64,000 nt of DNA from assembly GCF_009914755.1 (NCBI RefSeq), contig NC_060942.1; one strand, written 5' to 3'. The stretch is from the human T2T-CHM13v2.0 reference genome, Homo sapiens. Shown piece by piece: positions 58,391 through 64,000 of this stretch. How positions within the stretch are numbered: the stretch's first letter is position 1; each line of letters starts with the position of its first letter. The notes below the pieces were generated by a model. It had not been told where the DNA came from, did no database searches, and saw only the letters and a list, made by a program, of their open reading frames with translations. A program made the translations under genes and the position numbers.

Positions 58391-58644
58391 TCACCCTAAA
58401 TTTTTATGGTAAGTTTTCTACCACATATTGTTGTACTTGTTGTGTTTGTTTTTCCTTCTGTCCTTGTAATGTCTTCTAAAATGTAGTATGTCAACAGCCA
58501 AAATGACTTCAAATTTAATGTTCTTTATGTATTATTTATGGAATAATAATGCTAAGCATCATGTTTTAAAATATTTGCATTCCAAATATTAAATAAATGA
58601 TTATGTTCAACCTCATTCATTCTATATCCTACTGTCATTTCTAC

Positions 58645-58878
58645 AGAAGCAGCAAAGCATAGTGGTCATGTCTATGGACTGTAGTGTCAGACTACTGGGG
58701 TTGGCTCAGCTTTTACTGTCTGGTGACCATGTGCAAATTAACTAACCTCTCTGTCTCTGCCCCCTCATTTGTAAAATGAGGAATAATAGTCAACCCCAAC
58801 TCACAAGATTGTTTTTAGGAGTGAGATAAAGTATAATAAACTTAGAAAACATGCTAGTTCACAATAAGTGCCTTAAAT
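58645..58878 (+). mobile_element. MIR
   Basis: GCATAGTGGT..GTCAGAC..GTGACC..AACCTCTCTG..CTCATTTGTAAAATGAGGAATAATAGT..TAAGTGC. Confidence 0.8.
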
Positions 58879-59849
58879 CAATCAATTGTGTCTATATATA
58901 ACTTTTGCAGTAGTCTTTAAATGTTCTAATCCTGTAAACTTATTTAGTTCAATAGTTATTTATCTAAAATTCCAGTCTGTAAAGGTTTCAATATTAATTT
59001 CAGGGATCCAATAAATAGTTAAGCTATTTTTAACATTTAATAAAATCCCTGTATATATAAGTCATCAGTTTGCAATGGCTCCCTGTAAACCAACTATCTC
59101 TATTAGCACCATAAAGGTGATAACTCTTGTGATGGAGGAATTGTTTTAGAGGTTGGGCTAAAGTCAGATTGCATTGTGATGAGTTCAGGAGAAAAGTGAG
59201 TAAGTAATGACAATGTGCACAAACCCTGTAAATAATTTTAATATACAGAAGATGAAAAGAGCAGCATTTGCAGAGGGAATCACTGTTAAACAACAGGTTT
59301 GGGGAGGTGTGGGATGAATATGACTATATTTCAATGTGTAGTGTTAATAAAGAGTAGAAAGTGAGAAAATTAACAAATAGAGGAAAAAAGAAGTAGTTAA
59401 TGGCTTGAAAGCTAAGAAGAGGTATAAAGAAATGGCATACAAGACAAAGTGGGAAGTTTCATGATTCAAGGAGAGTAAAACTAATGTTGGATTTTTGGAG
59501 TATGTTTCCAGTAGTCAAAAAGACTTGTTACCTAATTATTTCCTTTTTCTTCAAGAAGTAGGAAATAAGGTCGTTTGTCCTTTATTCAACTAAATCTCAT
59601 TGTAAAATATGATGCCAGCATCTTTTTTTAAAATTTTTATCTGTTTTTTTCTCATCATAAAATGTGGTATTTGCTTATTACAAATAAAAAACAAAATAAA
59701 GAGGCACTTGGGAGCATTCTATGATGAATTAGTTTCCTGTAAATTGCTTAAGAATGTGATGTTATTAATGCATGTTATAAAGCCAAGTATACGTGTATTT
59801 AAAGATTAAGAATATAATTTTTAAATTTCTTCCTATTTCTTCACTTCCC

Positions 59850-60600
59850 ACGACTTTTAGGTATTATTCTATTGCTGGCAATTTAGGCCTTTTTCTAATT
59901 ACTCTCTATTCTACTTAATCACATATTGAATATATGTGCCCATAAATCTTTGTATGCATTTCCCATTATTTTCTTAGAATAAACATTTGAGAATAAACTA
60001 AGACATATTCTTGTTTGAAGTTCTTATACTGTCTTTACAACTTGCCTTCCAGGGAAGTCATTAAACAATATGGTTCATTTCCATTTTCAGCAAAATTTGT
60101 TACAATCTTGTAAACAATAATTTGGTTTTTGAATTATTTACAAACACTATTGAATTTATGTTCTACCTGTCCATTTTAGTGCTATTAATGAGAATTAAAT
60201 TGATATGAAAATATCATCCTTTTTTTGCTACTTATTATTTTATACTAGTTTCTTAATTCCTTTAATGTATAGAACTCCATACTCTGTACAGTGATTATTT
60301 GAATAAAAATTTGCATTTATGAAGCGGATTTAAATTTTATATAACTTTTTTATGACTCTAGAATAAATTTCAAGTTGTAAATTAACAAACTACATACTAT
60401 ATATATTTTTAAAAATGGCTAACCTTTTAAAAAATTCACATTAACTATTTCAAAATTTATCTTTTAATTACTTATATATACTAGAGTCTATTCATTTTTC
60501 AATTTTTCATAATTCTGGAGAGAATGTCATTTTTCTCTACTGACATGCTTTATAATTTCCCCCATTTTAAACAATCCAATTTCTAAACTTCAGGAAGTTA
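59850..60600 (-). mobile_element. Ancient L1M fragment
   Basis: ATCTTTGTATGCATTT..ATTATTTTCTTAGAATAAA..; very degraded. Confidence 0.4.
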
Positions 60601-60708
60601 CCTAGGTCCATCATAATTTGACCCCTCCTTTATTGGAGTATGAGGTTTCAGGTTCATTTGCTGCTATTCATACCACTGTGCAATGTAGTCATTGGACAGA
60701 CTTCTCGC

Positions 60709-60868
60709 TCTTCCTATATGTTTATCTATGTATGGTGAAATGCACTTTCTTCCTATATATTTAGCTATGTATGGTGAAAGGCACTTTCTTCATATGTATT
60801 CATCTATGTATGCTGAAATGCACTTTCTTCCTATATATTTATCTATGTATGGTGAAATGCACTTTCTT
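60709..60868. repeat. 39-bp minisatellite, about 4.1 copies
   Basis: Unit TCTTCCTATATATTTATCTATGTATGGTGAAATGCACTT. Confidence 0.95.
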
Positions 60869-61709
60869 AACTTACTAGGCTCTTCATAAACTGCCTGTTT
60901 CCAAAAATTGACCTCTAATGTTCATCTCATGTGTCATTGCTGGGCAGCATTTTAATCACATTAGAGTCTCTAGTCACGCTGACTCTTCTCCAGCCCTTCA
61001 AGAACCCAGAAGACATATATGTTACTCTTGTTATCCTGAAAAATGTTGTTTATACCATTGGCACACTACATTTCCCATTATATTATTGCTATTTTGTATA
61101 CAATCTATCAATCTCTTGTAGATTAATAGATTCTACAAAAAATTATCTACTATCTAAGCATTGTGATAATTCACTGTTGTGTAAATTTGTATATAGCAGT
61201 AGTATTATGCCTAGTACATAAATGTATAATCAAACAATATATGTTTAATTGAATTTAATAACATATGAACTACTTCCTTTAAAAAATGTTTGGGGAAAGA
61301 AGTTATAATGTAATGTATCTAAATGCTAAAAGGTAGCATGTGAAGGTAAAAGGTATGGGCCCTATCTGAAGAATTAACAGATTAACAAAAGCATATATCA
61401 TGCACCAATAACTATCACTGTGTGCAATATACATAATTATGGGAGGAGCTGACTTGCTAAATGTCTATCACAGTAAGAGTCAGTGGAAATTTTATATGAA
61501 AAGTATTTGATATGCCTTTAGTGAGCAATAAACATCTTTGTTAATATGAGAGTTGTTGCTTTTGGGTATGAGTTTCAAAATTTATTGATTAAATATTACT
61601 TTTATTCATTAATCTTAAATACTAAGTGATAGAAAAGGAGGAAAATTCACTTCAAAAATGTCAAGGGTAGTACTAAGAACTGAATTCAAATTGCAGGCAG
61701 CCTTCAGCC

Positions 61710-62046
61710 TTAGCCAGTTCCATCTATTATAACAAAAATACCACAGTCTGGGTGGCTTAAACAACAAACGTCCATTTTTCCAAACACGTGTTTGTCCAAG
61801 ATCAAGACACTAGCAGATCTGGTGGCTGGTGAGGGGAATTTTTCTGTTATGCATACTGCCATCTTCTCCTTGTATCTTCACGTGGCTGAGAAAAAAGCTC
61901 TAGTCTCTTTCTTATAAAGACACTAACGGGGGCTCCACCTTCATCACCTCATCTAAACCCGGCCCCAACTGCTAATTCCATCTCATTGACGATTGAGGTT
62001 TCTAAATATGAATTTTGGGGGGACGCAAACTCTGTAGTCCATAACA
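61710..62046 (-). mobile_element. MLT1A0-like LTR
   Basis: ATAACAAAAATACCACAG.CTGGGTGGCTTAAACAACA..TCCAAGATCAAG..ATATGAATTTTGGGGGGAC..GTCCATAACA. Confidence 0.85.
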
Positions 62047-62123
62047 GAGGGCATTTATCCATGTTGACACCATGTTCTATGTAGGCAGGTTGAATGTGTA
62101 TAGCTGAGTTGACCTGTTTTGCA

Positions 62124-62423
62124 GGCTGGGGAGGGTGGCTCATACCTGTAATCCCAGCACCTTGGGAGGCTGAGGCAGGCAGATCACTTCAGGTCAGGAG
62201 TTTGAGACCAGCCTGGGCCACATGGCAAAACTCTGTCTCTACTAAATATAAAAAAATTAGCTGGGTGTGGTGGCACACACCTCTAGTCCCAGCTACTGGG
62301 GAGGCTGAGGTGGGAGAATTGCTTGAGCCCTGGAGGTGGAGGTTGCAATGAGCCAAGATCATGCCACTACACTTCTGCCTGGGTGACAAAGTGAGACTCT
62401 GTCTCAAAAAATAAATAAATAAT
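62124..62423 (+). mobile_element. Alu (Sz/J-like)
   Basis: Full dimer with (AAAT)n tail. Confidence 0.95.
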
Positions 62424-62720
62424 AACTAAAGATTTGCCATGTTGGTGAGATGAAAGAAAAAAATGAATGAAATATAAAATTGATGATTCTAGCAATAAAG
62501 TGATTAAGATATTTGAGCTCATAATCCAAGAGTTCAATAATTGAAAAGACTCAAGAGACTCTACAGTCAGGTTGGCTTTAGTAAAAGTTCATGATCAGTG
62601 CAGCAGAAGAAATAAAGCATGGACAACCATTAAGAGACTCAAGACTCCACCTCTCATATGTTCTCAAACATACAGGACACACATGTATTCAGATTATGAG
62701 ATGCCAAGACATATGTAAAG

Positions 62721-63079
62721 TGGTATGGTTTGGCCGTGTCCCCACCCAAATCTCATCTTGAATTCCCACATGTCATGGGAGGAACCTGGTGGGACATGAT
62801 TGAATTAGGGTGGCAGATCTTTCCTGTGCTGTTCTTGAGATAGTGAATAAGTCTCACAAGATCTTATGGTTTTAACAAGAGGAGTACCCCTGAATAGGCT
62901 CATTCTCTCTTTGCCTGCTGCCATCTGTCTAAGACAGGACTTACTCCTCCTTGCCTTTTGCCATGATTGTGAATCTTCCCCAGCCACGTGGAATTGTAAG
63001 TCCAATTAAATCTCTTTCTTTTGTAAATTACCCAGTCCTGGGTGTGTCTTTATCAGCAGCGTGAAAATGGACTAATACA
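62721..63079 (+). mobile_element. THE1B/C solo LTR
   Basis: TGGTATGGTTTGGCCGTGTCCCCACCCAAATCTCATCTTGAA..GGACTAATACA; 5-bp TSD TAAAG/TAAGG. Confidence 0.92.
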
Positions 63080-63492
63080 TAAGGTATCTTGGTTTCAGGG
63101 ACGCTAAGGCAGAGGTTTACTGGGGGATCTTTAATGCCCTGCTGGTCACATAGATAAAATTAGGCAGTCTAACAAATTAAATGAAGTCCAAACCATCAGT
63201 TTATACATTTTCTCTAAACAGCATAGACATACTAGCACAAGGTGTGTCCAGAGAAGTTTTCAACATTAAATAGCACAGTATGAATCACTAGCTAGCACGT
63301 TTCATCTTTGTCTTGACCAAAGGCAATACCACACTTTCAGGGGTCCCTGGAGGTGAGCATACTGCTAGCTCAGGCCAGCTGTACGTTAGCCTCATCCTTA
63401 CATATCTAGATAAGGAAATTATTAAAAGCAGGAGGAGATTATTGAAAAGTGAGAATGTTTAAGTATTTCAAGATTGTAAAACAGCAAGACGA

Positions 63493-64000
63493 TGCCAAAA
63501 ACTGTAAAGGGTCTGAGATTTGGGTCTGTTTACAAGCTAAAATTTAGTCTGTTCAATCTCATGGCTGTAGGCAGAAGATACAAGTCCCGAGGCAGAGATA
63601 AAAACAAAAGACTCGTTATTAATACTTACTGCACAGAAGGCAGCAGGAGCTTCATGTTTCTCCTTCCCCCTAGGTGTGCTGGGGAATGTGGAGCATCCCA
63701 GGAGAATGCTGTAACCACAGTCGACCCGTATTACAGCTAGGAAGCCCAAATTTGGGCTTCAATATGAAGACTTTAGTCTCTATATTAAAAAATGTAAAAG
63801 AAGGCTACAAAGAAAGCTAGAAAAAGACATCATTTTTATTATCCTAATGTACAAAATATCTGCCATCTGTCCCAGGAGAGACAATATCTCTATTCCTCAA
63901 GGTTGTTACACAAACATGCTTGAAAAGATAATATGGAATATAAATTGTCACAACATAGGCAGAAACATGAGAGACCCATGAAGAACTGTTTTCCTAAGAG
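63493..64000. mobile_element. MER90-like (MER4-group ERV1) LTR, runs to window edge
   Basis: AACTGTAAAGGGTCTGAGATTT..CAAGCTAA..GGCAGAAGA..GGCAGCAGGAGCTTCATGTT; family name uncertain. Confidence 0.55.

Noticed and set aside
60692-60889. Repetitive 65-aa peptide
   Set aside because: By-product of the 39-bp minisatellite; non-ATG start

Overview
Primate (most likely human) AT-rich, gene-poor non-coding DNA, either a gene desert or the interior of a very large intron. I found no protein-coding gene, RNA gene, processed pseudogene, NUMT or CRISPR array. Nearly all ORFs in the track come from Alu, L1, LTR or microsatellite sequence, or are of chance length. A large share of the window is recognisable transposable element: about 11 Alus plus FAM and FLAM monomers, ancient L1M/L2/MIR fragments, L1PA4/L1PA7/L1PA15-16/L1PB4 pieces, solo LTRs (LTR1, LTR12B/LTR12, MER11, MLT1, LTR16C, THE1, MER90-like) and Tigger-family DNA transposons. 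Many still have readable target-site duplications (TSDs). The best leads are regulatory: (1) two extended CTCF motifs (core plus upstream module) in divergent orientation at 4.5 and 21.8 kb; (2) an intact LTR12 promoter with a mutated poly(A) hexamer between them; (3) a repeat-free, CpG-retaining, motif-dense enhancer candidate at 36.1-36.9 kb; (4) a MER11 solo LTR. There are also several local rearrangements: an L1PA4 with a microhomology-joined internal deletion, local tandem duplications, a 39-bp minisatellite and a perfect 20-bp palindrome. I see no evidence of a new biological system and cannot name the locus. Repeat subfamily names come from remembered consensus sequences and need RepeatMasker/Dfam confirmation. 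Boundaries of old elements are approximate.
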